The position numbers and the translations under genes are program-made. Positions 1 to 13,665 of a stretch of 64,000 bases of DNA are shown here, piece by piece. How positions within the stretch are numbered: position 1 is the stretch's first letter; the number at the start of each line of letters is the position of its first letter. The stretch comes from Paraspadella gotoi (taxonomy: Eukaryota; Animalia; Chaetognatha): NCBI GenBank assembly GCA_051294375.1, contig CM119269.1, forward strand, positions 15,015,918-15,079,917. Direction: 5' to 3'. The notes beneath the pieces were generated by a model that saw nothing but the letters and a program-made list of their open reading frames with translations, did no database searches and was not told where the DNA came from.

Positions 1-444
1 ATGCGCGAACAAAAAGTATCCTTTATAAAAACCAGCGAGTGTGGAGGAAAAAATTGAATAAAAATCGGAAGGAAAAAGAAGATATTGGAAAAAGATGTGG
101 AAACGGGGTGGGGGAGAGGAAATGGAAAAAATAATAGGGGGAATGGAAAAAAATTGAAACGGGACAGAAATGGAAAAACGGAAACCGAACGAAAAAAAAA
201 AAAAAAGAATTCGAAACAGAGAAAAAAAAAAAGAACAAACGGAGAGAATGTAAACAGTGGGGAACCTTTGAAAAAAAGATAGAAAATATAGAAAATAAAT
301 AGAAAATATGACGAAGTTACTTTTTAAAAAAATAGAAGCATTAGTAAATAAACAACCAGACAAACCAGACATATTCCATGTTAGTTCCTTTCGTAAAAAC
401 CGACCGCACGTCCGACAAAAAAGGTCAGCAAGATCGGGGCCGGT

Positions 445-454
445 CAGAGAGAGA

Positions 455-531
<77 letters not shown>
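445..531. repeat. (GA)n microsatellite
   Basis: Near-pure GA dinucleotide run. Similar runs lie at ~6207-6269, 17543-17617, 36007-36128 and 54001-54035. Confidence 0.95.
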
Positions 532-533
<2 letters not shown>

Positions 534-1797
534 TTTTCTCTTTCTTCTGCCGAACCCAGTGGGGTAAGGGTCAGAGCTTTTTTTACAGTGGGACATGACG
601 AATACAAAATAACGAACCGGATTTCCATCGGCGATGTCCTTTATGTATAGAATTTTGGGCAGAGTGGAAATCTCATGACCCTCTTTTTTTGGTGACCTCT
701 TTTTACCGATTCTGGTTCAGTGCGAAAGGTCAAACTCAAATCCCGGCTGATTTATCAATATCCTCAATATGATTTATCAATATCCTCAATATGATTTATC
801 AATATCCTCAACATCCTCAATTTATGAAAATTACAAAATTACTTGTTTCACTATTTTAAGTATTAGATTTTATAATATTCATTAAAAAATATCTATTATA
901 AATTCTATATTTTTTTAATTATTATTATTTTGTATTAAATTTGGTTTTTGATAAACTAAGTCTGAAAATATTATATTATTAATGGGAGAGGGTTAGTATT
1001 AGTGTTAGTTTTTTTTTTTATGTGGAATCCAAAATATATCTGTTTATTATCTATTTTTATCTGTCCAACGAATCTCTAAAGATACCGGAAACCATATTGA
1101 GCTTTCATTTCCCTTCTCAATACATTATCTGCCATTGGGCGCAAACTCGAATCGAAAAAGAAAAAGAGCCATCGCGCCCCGACGCCAATGATCCGCAGCA
1201 GCAGTGGAGGCTGTTTCGCGCCGCTACGCAGTTAACGTTCCAATAACGAAAAGCAATAATTCCGTATCATCCACATCGGAATTTTCAAAAGGCCCCCACC
1301 TCCCATTAATCTCCGTTTCCCCTCCCTCTTCGTCAACAATCCCCTAATCTCCGTTTAATCCCCGGATTCGCAGTCCCCTTCAATCCCTCACTCATCCCCC
1401 CCTTTCTTCCCCTTCATACTCGCGTTCCCCCTCATCTCGACGCTGGAACGAAACGACAAAGACATATGCATCGGTCGCTGTTTCCCAGAGCAGAGAACCA
1501 CTTTCACTTTTATTGGGTTAAGAGATGGAAAAACCAACATATAAACACGAATAACTGCGAAGATGGGAAAAAATGGGGAAAAAAAAAAAAAAGAAAGATC
1601 AAATTGGAAATACGTACTATAAAAATAAAGAACGTGGGGAGGTTTTTTTAATTGCTAACGATTTAACACGGTTTGTCAATATTCTATTTATTTTTTTTTC
1701 CCTTTCTTTTATTTATTCATATTTGTTTATTTATTTTTGATTATTATTCTATTCATGTTTATTTGTTCATATTTTCTTTGTTTTTTTTTTGTTTTTT

Positions 1798-1861
<64 letters not shown>

Positions 1862-2039
1862 TCCTCCAAGACCTCTCTCAAAACCCCGCCATCCATTCAA
1901 CAAGGTCAATTTGCTCTGGCTGCCTTTTCCCCTCCGAGGTCATTTGGCAAAACTGCGACGATTAAATAAGTCAACGTTTCTTTCTTTAAAACTATTTCCT
2001 TTTTTTAGTGTCTCTGTTTTATTCGTTGGCAAGGTTTTG

Positions 2040-2340
2040 CTCGAGCCACGGGCGCCTGTTTAACAATCGGGACTTCTTTAACATCCGGGTTTTTGCTCGA
2101 GATGCGGACGCCTCTTAATCATCCAAGTTTTAACCTAAGATACGGTTTCCTCTTTATCTAAGTATAAATTAGCGCCTTTTTAACAGCGAGGTTTTGGCGG
2201 GCGCCTCTGGAACAACCGGGCTATTTCCCGGGTCGGAGGTGCCTTTTTAACATCCGGGTTTTTGCCCGAGATACTATGGGCGCCTCTTTAACATCCGGGC
2301 GAGAGACCCGGGCTACTCTTTAACATCCGGGTTTTTGGCA
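2040..2340. repeat. Degenerate minisatellite, core (GCGCC)TCTTTAACATCCGGGTTTTTGC
   Basis: TTTAACATCCGGG recurs at ~2077, 2246, 2287 and 2319, with decayed copies in between. Confidence 0.75.
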
Positions 2341-2730
2341 TCATTTTTCCCTCGAGGTTCCGGTTTCGCTCTCGCGAGAAGGACGTAAAAACGAGAATGC
2401 GCTATAAAGAGTTAAAGACTTTCGGCTAAAACGAGATGGAAGAAAGTTGTTTCCGGCTAAAAAAAAAAAGAAACAAAAAGGGTATACACATGCCATTGTC
2501 AACGGCATTAACTTTCCTCCTTTCCAGAGAAATCTGGCAACCAAATATTTGTGCAATATGCATAGAGCGGTGGTGGAACAAAATGTTGAAATAAAAATGC
2601 CTTTCCACGAAAAAAAACTTGAGAGGATCGAACCAGGAACCCAAAAGCAAGGGGGCGAACGATCTTACAAGAACGCCAAGGAGTCTCAGCCTAATCTGGT
2701 TAAAGTAAGTCCCTCAGGTTTTAAACTCAC

Positions 2731-3344
2731 TTCCTTTGGCTTCGTCCCATCCTGCGGCGGTCGTTCCTGCCGCAACCGTTTGCGCTGCGGACGTCTTCTC
2801 CGCCGCAAGTTTTTCCGATTCGTTTGCCGCAACTTCTCTTCGATGTTTGACGCGAACGTATAATTGAGATCTCGATGAATCTGGAAACGATTCATGTTGT
2901 TGTTATTGTCGTTGTTTTCAAAACTTTTTTAATCATTTATCTCGTTGATAGTTGATCATTTATCACAAATTGTCCCGTGGTGAGACTTCGGTTGCTCCTT
3001 TTTCATTAATTTTATATTATTTCATATCATTTTTATCTGTAACTCCTCCAAGTCGAACGTCCATGTTTTATTTTGAATGGCAACAACCTAATCATTTCAC
3101 ATTTTTCATCCAAACAAAGCATCACAACGAAACTTTTTCACATCCTTCGATTTAAATATGATTCTTACCCTCGTCACCCTTCACTCGACTCACCTAATCC
3201 GGCGCCAATGACGTTCACGTCCAAAAGAATGATCATCAACGCGAGTGGCGCCGCCAAACGGCGACGGAATGAGATAAAAGAGCATCGCGACGTCGGACTC
3301 TTCCTCGCAGTCGTCGACGTCGTTGAAGTCGTTTTCATATCCAT
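2731..3344 (-). CDS. 5' exons of an unidentified secreted or membrane protein; downstream exons not resolved
   Basis: Exon 3344-3194 reads MDMKTTSTTSTTARKSPTSRCSFISFRRRLAAPLALMIILLDVNVIGAGL then GTGAGT. It joins in phase via ttccag to exon 2880-2731 (DSSRSQLYVRVKHRREVAANESEKLAAEKTS...WDEAKG, GTGAGT). There is a hydrophobic signal-like segment and a basic KHRR site. Confidence 0.4.
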
Positions 3345-4036
3345 CGCTGAGAATCACAAACAATTCACGATAAACCGGAAATTTGTGGGCGTGGCTTCAG
3401 CTGAAAGCTATAAAACTGAAGCTATAGTGGTAATAACTGAAGCTATAAAACGGAGCAGTTTGGCTCCGTCTTGTTATCAAACCCATTTTAACTTACCTTT
3501 CTATTCCTCATGACTCGTTCAGCTGTCGTAAAGCGAATTTGGCGAAGTTGAAAAAAATTTTTTGATCGTATTAAATCAATACGAACTTCATCCTGAACGT
3601 TTTATTGTTTTTTTTTAGTTTTTCTTTTCATTGTTTATAGTTTTTCTTTTCATTAATTGAAATTTTTTTCTCGTTTTTGAAGATTCGATTGATAATATTA
3701 TACTGGAAAATAAAAAAAAGATACTTCCATGTTATTTCGCGCCGCATCTGCCAAAAATCGTCAGCATCAATCTGAATTTGAGAAAAAAGCCTCCGAGGCA
3801 AGGGACTTTGGTTTTGATTCGATTCCGAACGCTCAGCCGATTCCTCTACTTTCCCCCCCTGCCCCTTTTTTCAACGTTTCTTTATAAGCTTTTATTTACT
3901 TAAAAGTTTCAACATACTTCTGAACAAACATCCGACACTTAGCAAAATCTTCCGTGCCTTTTTTTTCCAGCTGATATCGATCGCTTTTCCACTAGACTTT
4001 GAAGTATCGACAAATTTTTTCTCACTCATCCATGTC

Positions 4037-4520
4037 GTTTTTAGTCACGGAGCAACTCTATAAGTCACTTTTCGGTCGGTCTGTCTGTCGATTGTCAGTC
4101 GGTTAGTCAGTATGTCTGTCTGTTGGTCTGTCTCACTTTCGTTAAAATTGCAATAATTCTCCTATAGTTAGTTGCTCATTTGTTAAGACAGAAAAAACCT
4201 CAAATATACGCAACTGCTAGCGACACCTTCAGGAAATCCTAAAACTATAAAAAATAAAAGACTGAACTCCGATACAGTGCATGTCATAAATACACGGCTA
4301 GGATTTATTTTAGTTAATACTTGGCAGACTAGTAAGTCATTACTAAATGCTTCTCGTGCATATGTTTTATACTTGTATAGTCACGTGGTAGTCACGCAAA
4401 ATAAGGTAAATTGGGCATATTTCGTGTAATATCTGGTTGTTTGAAATGAAATTTTGCATAGCAGTGATCAACCTTAAAATGTTTGTTATAAATAAATTTT
4501 ATAGTCATGTAGTCATGTTA
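4037..4520 (+). mobile_element. Helentron/DINE-1-like non-autonomous interspersed element (HINE-like)
   Basis: Begins TTTTTAGTCACGGAGCAACTCTATAAGTCACTTTTCGGTCGGTCTGTCTGTC with a (GTCY)n tract. Shares blocks with 38975-39320 (e.g. TTAGTTAATWCTTGGCAGACTRGTAAGT). Right boundary is approximate. Confidence 0.55.
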
Positions 4521-5853
4521 TAACAGGAAAATTAACAGAAATTCATTGCGGTGCAACACATTGGATGGACCGATCTTGTTTTCCCCCCCAAAAAAACTTT
4601 TTTCACCATCGCACTTTTCCTCTTGTCTCTTTCCGGTTCTCTCCGACTTTTTTTTCGGCTCCATTCGTTATTCAAGGATTCAATTCGCGAATTCGTTGAT
4701 CATTTGTCTCAATTTCGCCGATTTTACCGCTAGAGGCGTTGGTAGGGAATAGGGAGATAACGATTTGCTACATTTGTCGATAAGAATGGTCTTCCATTTG
4801 TCGCCAAGATGGTTACATAGTTAGTCGCATGGAAACATGGTTGATAATGTAAACTAAATCATAAATAAAAACGCTTAATTCTAAATTAATTTTCAAAAAG
4901 TAAAGTAAAACTCAGGGTACAAGTCGAAGACACAAAACTTAAAAGATTAGAATGAATGGGGTATGACAAATTCAAAAAAAATCTTGCCGATTTTAAGCCC
5001 TAAAATTTCTTAGTCTTAATCTGAATCAAACTTAATCTAAATCAAAAGAAATCGTCACATAAACGAATTCGTAAGATCAAGAATTTGGATTCTTCTATCG
5101 TGATTGAAAAACGAAGGGCTTTGTGAATGGAAACGATCAGAAAACGATCAGGACCGAAGCGAATAAATTAGAGGTAGTATCGGTGAGAACGGAACTTTAA
5201 ACGTGGCTGTCCCATTTAAAAATTGAAAAAAAAGGATTAAGAATGAGCAAATCAGATGAAGCCTGTTTTGACAACGAAGTAGTTTTTAGTAATGTAATGT
5301 TATACTAAAAATCATAGATTTTGTAATTTTACCGTAATGACGAATTATTTAGATTAAGTTTCTATCTTAACTTTTAAAAAAACTGTTTAAAAAAAAAATA
5401 TATATATACTTTGCGGAAAAAAAAATGTAAAAAAGAAAAAATTTCATTCAATTTTAAATCCTTGAAAGGCCAGTGAAAGTGATTTCTCCGGATGGGTGAG
5501 AATGTCTCCTCGCAAAGGCCGTGTTTACGATGTCACATTTTGTGAGAGAACGTTCATATTTGGTCATCGTCCGCCAATGGTTTCGCTTTTGATAAAAATT
5601 AATTTTAGGTTCACAAAATTCCTAGGGACTGCGGGCAGAGAGTCACTAAAATGTTTCAAAGTAAGAATGCATTTATTCAACTAGTTAATAACGATAACAG
5701 TCAAAAGGCGACAGTTCTTTTACCATTGTTTGCAAACAATTCTTTTGATGGAGAAAAAAAATAACAAAAATTTGCGTGACATTTCGCCTTATTAACGACA
5801 AATGAAACTGAATGTAGAACGCAGCTCGCTCATCTCTCTCTCTTTCTCATTCC

Positions 5854-5889
<36 letters not shown>

Positions 5890-6204
5890 TAATGCCGTTT
5901 TTAACTAAGAATTGTAACCAATCAATATTTTTTTTCAACAAAAAAGGGAAAGGTGTTTAAAATGTACAACGAAAATCCCGGTCGTAATATATGTCCGTGT
6001 CGATTGATACAAAACAGCTTTGCCTTTTTGGGTTGAAACTTAAGATAAAAAAGTGAGAATTGCGAACATCGAAAGAAAAATAAATGAGAGATGGAAAAAA
6101 GAAAACATTAAACGAGAGAGAAGCTCCGCTGCTTTGGACTCGGCGCACGACGGGTTCTGCCGAGGAGAGAAAGGAAATCCAGGGCGGGAGGGAGAGGGAG
6201 AACG

Positions 6205-6280
<76 letters not shown>

Positions 6281-7039
6281 GGTCGGAGTCTGGTGGAGGA
6301 AAAAGGAGGAGAGAAAAAGGAGGAGGAGTAGAGGAAAAAGAGGAGGAGGAGGAGGAGGAGGAGGAGGAGGAGGAGGAAAATGGATGGGATGAACGTTCTC
6401 CGCTAAAGGGTTGTACCGAGTGCAACGGGATGAAAACGGTTCGGTTGAGGGGATTAAACTATCCCGTTCTGGGACGCCAACGAGACAGACGCGGAGACCG
6501 GGAGAGAGCGCGAGACGAGAGAGAGAAAGAGAGAGCGTTGCTTGGCAACACAAAAGTAAACACTCACGGAGCAATGAGCATCGAGCTGCAAAGAGCGAAA
6601 CGAAAAGTTAACTTTTTTCCCACGAAAAACTGAAAAAATGAACAACTCCCGATTTCGGAGTAAGCATTTCTATTTTGCAAATATATTTATAAATATACAT
6701 ACTAATTTACATATTCGGTTGTATCAGGCATTGGCCACTGTAAATGAAAATGTATTGTAGGAAGGGAGAAATTTAAATCAAAATAATAAATATATTTTGG
6801 AAGAGGTAAAGAAATAAAAACTTTTTCATAAGTATTTGTTGCGTGAGCTAAAAAATAAACAGGCAAGAATTTTTTTTTTTTTTTTTTTTGTAGATTTGCT
6901 TTTTTTACTTTTCATGGGCAATACTAATTCCCATAGCAATAAAAGTTGTCACTCCACTAATTAAAAGAAAATAACATCCGCCGTCTCAAAAGTAATACAG
7001 TGTAGTAACAAAGAACAACCACGCCCCCTTTTTTTCGAT

Positions 7040-10000
7040 TTAAACTTTGACGTCTCCGTCGGGATCGAATCCCGGATTCTTTTCCCCTCCGTTCATAGCG
7101 ACTTCGTTGGGTTTCACTTTCGAAGCCATGAGACAAGCCTCCGCCTCCACCTGTCGGACGAGGAAAAAAAAAACAAAAGGGCCATCAACGAAAATATGAA
7201 ATTGGTACAACCGTGATAAAATTTTAAAAATCATTTGAATGAAGAAGCTATCTTGACACTGACTTCGGTCGGGCTATCCATTTTTTGACAGGGGTAATCT
7301 CATATTGTCTCTCTAGGACTGAGTGTGTCTGTCTCGCTCGTTTTTCTTTTTCTCTCTTTCTCTCTCTTTCTCTCCCAAACCTGCAACGCCACTCCCGGAT
7401 AGAAAAAAAATGACGCCAAAAAGTCTTCGACGACGTTGCCCGGAATCCCACTCAGTCGTCGCGCCTGCAATCTGACCGTCGCGACAACGAGGGCGAAGGC
7501 GATGTAGAAGACCCAAGCGAGCGCCCAGATGCCGGGCACCGCCAACACGCAGATGTGCAGCACGATGAAGAGAAGGAGAAAGATGGCGAGGGGGACGACG
7601 AGAAATCGGCGACGCGGGCAGCCGGACATCTTTCCGGCGGCCAAACCGATGGTCGCCGGAGCCGCGAAGATGTTGAGGAACATCTCGGCCGTCAGCCGAG
7701 GATTCCAGGTGTCGACGGGATCGAGAAGTTGCACCTGAAATCGTCGATCGTTGAAGAGATCAATGATGCCGAATTCGTGTTGTAGCAGACGATAAATGGA
7801 GACGCAGACGAAGCAGACGACGATCGTGTAAGGCAGACCCATGACGATCGAGACGGTCTGCAGCGCCGTGAGGCCGTCGGATCCGCCGGCGACGAGCAGC
7901 GCAGTAGCGGTGGCGCCTTCGATCAAAGCCCAGACGGCACGCTGCACCCGAGGCGGCTCGGGGTCGCCGTTGGCCGAGAGAGAATCTATGACGAGAGAGC
8001 CAGAGTCAGAGGATGTGACAAAGTAGAGGATGATGCCGATGATGGAGATGACGGCCAAGAATCTTCCCACTCCTTCGTAAGAGAACATGAGTCCGAACCA
8101 CATTCCCTCCACCCCAGAACAAGAGAGTCGCTTGTAGATCCGTTCGTCCGCCTTCACTTTCTTCTCGTCAACTTTCCACTTTTCTCCCGCGACGCTCTCC
8201 ACGAATTTCGCCAAGCTGTCGTTGTAGACGCCTTCGCCTCGAATACGATCCCACGCCGTCTGGGTGCATCTCCCGCACCTGGAGACGCCCTTTTTGTCCA
8301 ACAGACAGACGGCGCCGTCGAAGTGGTCCGTCCACTTGGGTCCCATGGGCGCGTCGGGTTTGCCCTCGAGAGCGGCGCTCATTTTGGTAGCGTTGAGGCC
8401 GTGGTCGCAGCAGAGACCTTGCGACGCCGCTTGACGCTCGAGACGAATACCGGCGCCGCCGAAGACGACGATCCAGAGGAAAGCGAAGACGCAGGGCGCC
8501 GTCATCGTGCCGTTGATGAATTCCCGAATTGTGCGACCCTGTTTGGGTAAACTGACTGATAAAAATTATTACGAGACCTTTAAAAATGTTTTCAAAAGAA
8601 ATTATAAAATTTCAAATTTTTTATTAGATATCGAAAAATATTATTAAAAACTGGTTAAATCCTTTTTTGAAGATACATATCAAGATGATAATCTTCATTT
8701 TAGTTTTTTGATACACATGTTAAAAAACATAACTTTTTATTATTTTAGAAATACTAAGTATAATGTAAAATATTTTTATGGAATTTTGCACTTTTAATTT
8801 TTTTTTTCTTTTAAGGTTTTGACCAACCCAATTGACCTAATTAGAGAGTCTTTACCTTCGAGATGCGAGCGATGAACATCCCCACAAAGGGACACCAGGC
8901 AATCCACCAACCCCAGTAGAACATGGTCCATCCGTCCATCCAATTGTCTGGCCCGTCCATCTTCCCGTCGTCGTAGTCTCGACCGCGGTCGCGCCCGCCA
9001 GACGAGACCCCGATCTGCTCGAAGGCGTCGGTGTGCCAGCCCAACTGGAGAATCCACTGGAAGTAGAAGCCGACGCTCTGACAGAAGAGATTCATCAAGT
9101 AACAAGTGTTGTCGAGGAAGAGGACGAGGAGGAGGAGGAAGAGGCCGAAGACGAAGCAGATCTCGGACAGGCGCCGAATGCCGAGGCCGATGCCGGAGAT
9201 GGTGGAACAGGTGGCGACGACGGTGATGCACCAGATGATTATAAGCTGGAGATGGGTTGAGGTGGGATGGGGGAATATATATTTACTGACCTTGACTTTG
9301 ACCTTGAAGGTTTTCAGTATTTTGCGTCAGTAACCACATGCAACCTTCAACCATTCTTATATATATATATATCATATAATATCATTCAATTTTCATTCAA
9401 TTTTTCTTCAAGACAGTGACAAATGGAAAAGACAGTTTCTTCACTATTCATTGTCACATTAATAAAAATTGCAAAATTACTTGTTTCCCTACTTTATCTT
9501 TATAGATTCTACAATATTTAATGATATTTTGTTATTTTTGAGTCTTAAATCCGCAACTCTAGTTTTTTCTTCTTAATTTCCCTTCACTTCTTTTTTTTTT
9601 TGCTACCTGCAATCCTCTTTGCTCTCTGCAATCCTCTTTGCTCTCTGCAATCCTCTTTGCTTTTTGCAATCTTCATTGCTTTCTCAAATCTTCATTACTT
9701 TCTGCAATCTTCATTGTTTTCTGCAATCCTCTTTGCTTTCAGCAATCTTCATTGCTTGATGGACCTCGTATTTCTCTTTTTCCTTTTCTCGTCTCATTTT
9801 CCTTTCTAATTTTTCTCTCTACTTCTCCTTGCCTTGCTTTTCCTATGGCCTTTTTTCTTTTCCTTTTTTCTTTCGTAATCACCGGACATCGAGATCTGAG
9901 ATTCAATTCGCGAAGAAGTAAATGAGAAGGAAGATGTAAGAACTCCTTTGAGTCTTAAACTGGGAACAAACAATATATATATAATTATTTTTCTTCTGTT

Positions 10001-11659
10001 TAAGATTAATATAATATAAATAGATTTTTTTATAAATAGATTAATATAAAATATTATTATAAAATTATCCATTCATTTAACAAGCAAGGTATTTTGTTCC
10101 TTACTTTATCCAGGTTATGGTAGGTTAAAGCATAAATTTCTTCTCGGTTATTAATTAATTAATTAATTACAAAATCATTGAAGCAGACATTAGGTTCCTC
10201 TTCAAAAAAAAAAAAAAAATTGTAAATTATAATAATTAGTATAATAATAATTTTATTTAATTATGATATTATTTGTAAATTAATCCCATCCCAGACCTGA
10301 GCCGCCAATCCGATCGGAACTCCCGTCGGATCGAAGAAATTGATTCCCCTGTTGATCTGCAGGGCGCCGAGGCCCAGGGAGGTGCAGACCCCGAAGAGCG
10401 TCGTGAAGATGCTGAGGGTGTCGATAAAGTCGCCGACCCACCCGAAGATCTTGTCGCCGATCAGGGGCCAGAAGCAGCTCTTGATGGTCATGGGAAGGTC
10501 CTTGCGGAAGGCTGTGAGACCGAGGATGATCCCCATCACGCAGTAGACGATCCAGGCGTGAATTCCCCAGTGATACAGGGTCACGTTCATTGCGATTTGA
10601 GCCAGGGTGTTGTCCGGCATTGTGAAGTCGGCTTGGTAGCTATGAGGAAAGGATTAGATTATTTAATACCTTAATTTGAAAAAATAAATATAATTTATTA
10701 TGGATTTTTACGGTAGTAGATCATTGATATATACGCTTTTTGTGCATATATTTATAAATATAAATATGAAAAATAAGTAGAAAACAAATGATAAATGCTA
10801 TAAACCTTGATATCAAAGATAACACTTGAAAAAGCTAAAAAAACAATGAAGTTTACTAATTTATATATATATGCCACAGAGAATAACATACAGTACCGAT
10901 TGGAGAACGCGTAGTGAAAGATGGGTTCTCCGACTCCGTAAAAGAAAAGGCCGACTCCGATTCCGCAAGAGAAAAACATGAAGAACCACGTGAAGTCGTT
11001 GAATTCTGGTTCGTCGTCGTCTTTGCCCAGTTTCATTTGTGAATATTTGGAAAAGTAGAGCCAAATCACGAAGATCGCCCAAACGTCCTGTGGGTAACGT
11101 TTTGGACCTTTTCAAAAAAAATTGAGTCGTTTCTTGCTATGTAATTGGTACAAGCGACCCGAGCGAGGACAGAAGAATTGAAAAATTTGGCTTAAATACG
11201 TCACTTGTTTTTTATTTGTTTTTTTGGTTTTTTTGGTTTGTTTATTTGTTTAAATTTAGAGGTTGAAAAAATGTTTTTGTTTAAACATTAATGCTAATTT
11301 TTCGTCTCTAATCGCAAGCCTCCATGAGCGCGAAACAGATTGCGTATGATATTTAAAAAAAAAAAAAAACTTACCTGTGAACCGATGTAAAACCAAGTGA
11401 AGGTATTGGTGATCCAAGTCTTGGCGACGGCGAAGTGAACCTTGGCGTCGTCATCCGCGCAACAATAAGCGACGAAGGCGACGATGATGATTAGCGCTGA
11501 GATCGTGACGATCGGGTTGAAGCGAAGTCCGCAGAATCGAACCCAGCGACTTTGATCCTCGATCTTTTCCGTTTCGTCGCCGCGGCGTCGCCGAATCGGA
11601 CCGTCGGGCGGCGGCTGCGGCGGCGGCTGCGGCGGCGATGTTGAAGGATGAAGCGTCAT
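7040..11659 (-). CDS. BCCT-family (betaine/carnitine/choline) transporter, 6 exons, with C-terminal PLAC8-like extension
   Basis: Approximate exons 11659-11375, 11087-10896, 10640-10297, 9246-8856, ~8540-7381, 7152-7040, with GT-AG boundaries. BCCT motifs: PEFNDFTWFFMFFSCGIGVGLFFYGVGEP, HWGIHAW, FGVCTSLGLG, WTMFYWGWWIAWCPFVGMFIARIS, YFVTSSDSGSLV, LQTVSIVMGLPY. Confidence 0.93.
9597..9760. repeat. ~18-19 bp intronic minisatellite (CTGCAATCCTCTTTGCTCT)
   Basis: About 8 decaying tandem copies inside a BCCT intron. Confidence 0.85.
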
Positions 11660-12473
11660 GGGCGTAGGCGGTAGAGGCGTCGAAAATGGCGACTTTTGAA
11701 AATTGGAATTTTTTTTTTTTTTCAGATTATGATTATTGACGAGTTATTAAAGTTGAAAACACTTTTAATCTTATTTTCTTAACTTTCTTGTTAAGGAATT
11801 TTATTTAATATTTTTTTACCCAAGCTCCTAAAATTAGTGAATTTATAGTTTATTTAAGTGATCCATTAACATTGCATTGAGAATGTATGTTCTGAATAAG
11901 AATTAAAATTTTGTAGTAATTATATGGCATCTTGAAGAATGGGTTCTAATTTTAATCGCAGAAACCTCAAAAGTTTTAACACGAGAAAGAAAAAGTAAGT
12001 CGCGACGTCTCCCCACTCTTTCAAAGGTAGGGCAAAGAATAAAATAATGGGGAAGAGGAAGAGCAAAATTTTATGGCGTAAAAAGTTTGATGGTGTAGTA
12101 AATAGTCCCTATTGTTTCTATTTCGCTATAAATGAAAAAAAAAAAGGATTTTAAAAGTCAAAATTTTAAATATAATAGACCTTTATCAAAAATTTAAAGG
12201 TGTTTGGGAGTTGAAATAATCAAGTAATCAATTAACAAGAACGGTAATTTCAATGTGTTGCGCCGCAGTGACTTTATTTTAATGTGTATTTTCTTTTGAT
12301 CACATATGTTATGATATGTCATAATATTACATTATATATAATATAACTTTCTTTGCCTGTTTATTTATGATATTGTACTGCATCAAAATTACGTCTTTTA
12401 TTACTTATAGTTTTAGGAATTCCCAAAGGCGGCGCAAGCATTCCCTTAGATTTAAGATTTTTTTCTGTCTTAA

Positions 12474-12497
12474 NNNNNNNNNNNNNNNNNNNNNNNN
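12474..12497. other. Assembly gap (N run); a second gap lies at ~60670-60694
   Basis: Run of n characters. Confidence 0.99.
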
Positions 12498-13665
12498 CTC
12501 CGCAATGGTCAGTGGACAGTGGTAAGTTGGTCACTTAAGCCCTGTGATAGCTGATCTGGTGATTTGTCTCAAGGAAAGATCGACTCTTAGGGTCACCAAA
12601 ACCCGTTAGCGACGACGATGACGACGATTTTGGTCTTTTTGTCGTTTTCGTCTTCGTCTTCGGGCTGCAACTGGGATTAGGACGTTGACATGAGGTTGTC
12701 GGCACCAAACAATCTCGAGGCAGACGATCTAAAAATCGTCCTGAGAATCAAGTTCTTATGTGGCCTGATTAATTGGCAGAATACAGAAAATTGAGCGGGG
12801 AGAAGAAAGAGGTAGAAAGAAATGAAAAAAAAAAATAGAGAAGTAGAATAAAAGAAAAAAATGAAAAATTGAAAGAATTAAAAACTAACACTAAAACTAA
12901 AAGAGAGACAGAGAGGCTAAAAGAAAGAAAGAAGAAAAGAACCAAGGAGATAAATTAGGAAGTATACTGAGTGATGAAGATTCCGAAATAATATATTTTG
13001 CAAAAATTCAGGGCTGTCTTTTGTTTAATTTTTCAACTTTTCTCCACGTCCGTATATTTGAAAATCGTGCGCGAAATCCGAACCCATAAGGCAAACATAG
13101 GATCATCGGTTTGAAATAACCATGGTTACGATCTAAATTAGGAACATTACCTGTTTTTCTCTTTTTAAAAATTAGCTTCACATAATTCTGATAAGTCTTT
13201 ATTATTAACTTTTTTTATTTTAAAGAGGAGAAAAAATGCTACATGTTTCTTAGCTCATTTTTATTTTCGCTTTAATTTTAAGTAGTTTTTAATCATCAGA
13301 AAGAAATTGGAAAATTGAATTGATGTAGGTTCAAGTTGACTTCCTCTTCATAGACAGTCACTAAATAAAGAAGACTCATACAAATCTGTTATATTATACA
13401 TCATAGGAAATGCTAATCCGAGACCTTCAAAATCATTATTCATTATCATTAATATCTTTAAATTTTACTGTTGCATAGATATAATGTCACGAAATGTTAC
13501 AAACGAAAAAAATCATACTGAAGTTTATTTCTTTCCTTTATTTTCGTTGCGCTCGAAAAATGTAACGAATATATATACAGTTTTATTTGGTAACAACAAC
13601 AAAACAATAAACATTGAATGTTTAATTTTTATAGATAACTATTTCTAATTGTATCAAATCTCAAA

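Noticed and set aside
23-2063. Numerous ORFs rich in RE/SL/FFLS repeats here and elsewhere in the ORF track
   Set aside because: They are translations of microsatellites and poly-A/T runs, not genes.
12498-12730. GC-richer block with an open minus-strand frame after a splice-acceptor-like site
   Set aside because: No recognisable homology or partner exon, and it is adjacent to an assembly gap, so it cannot be supported.
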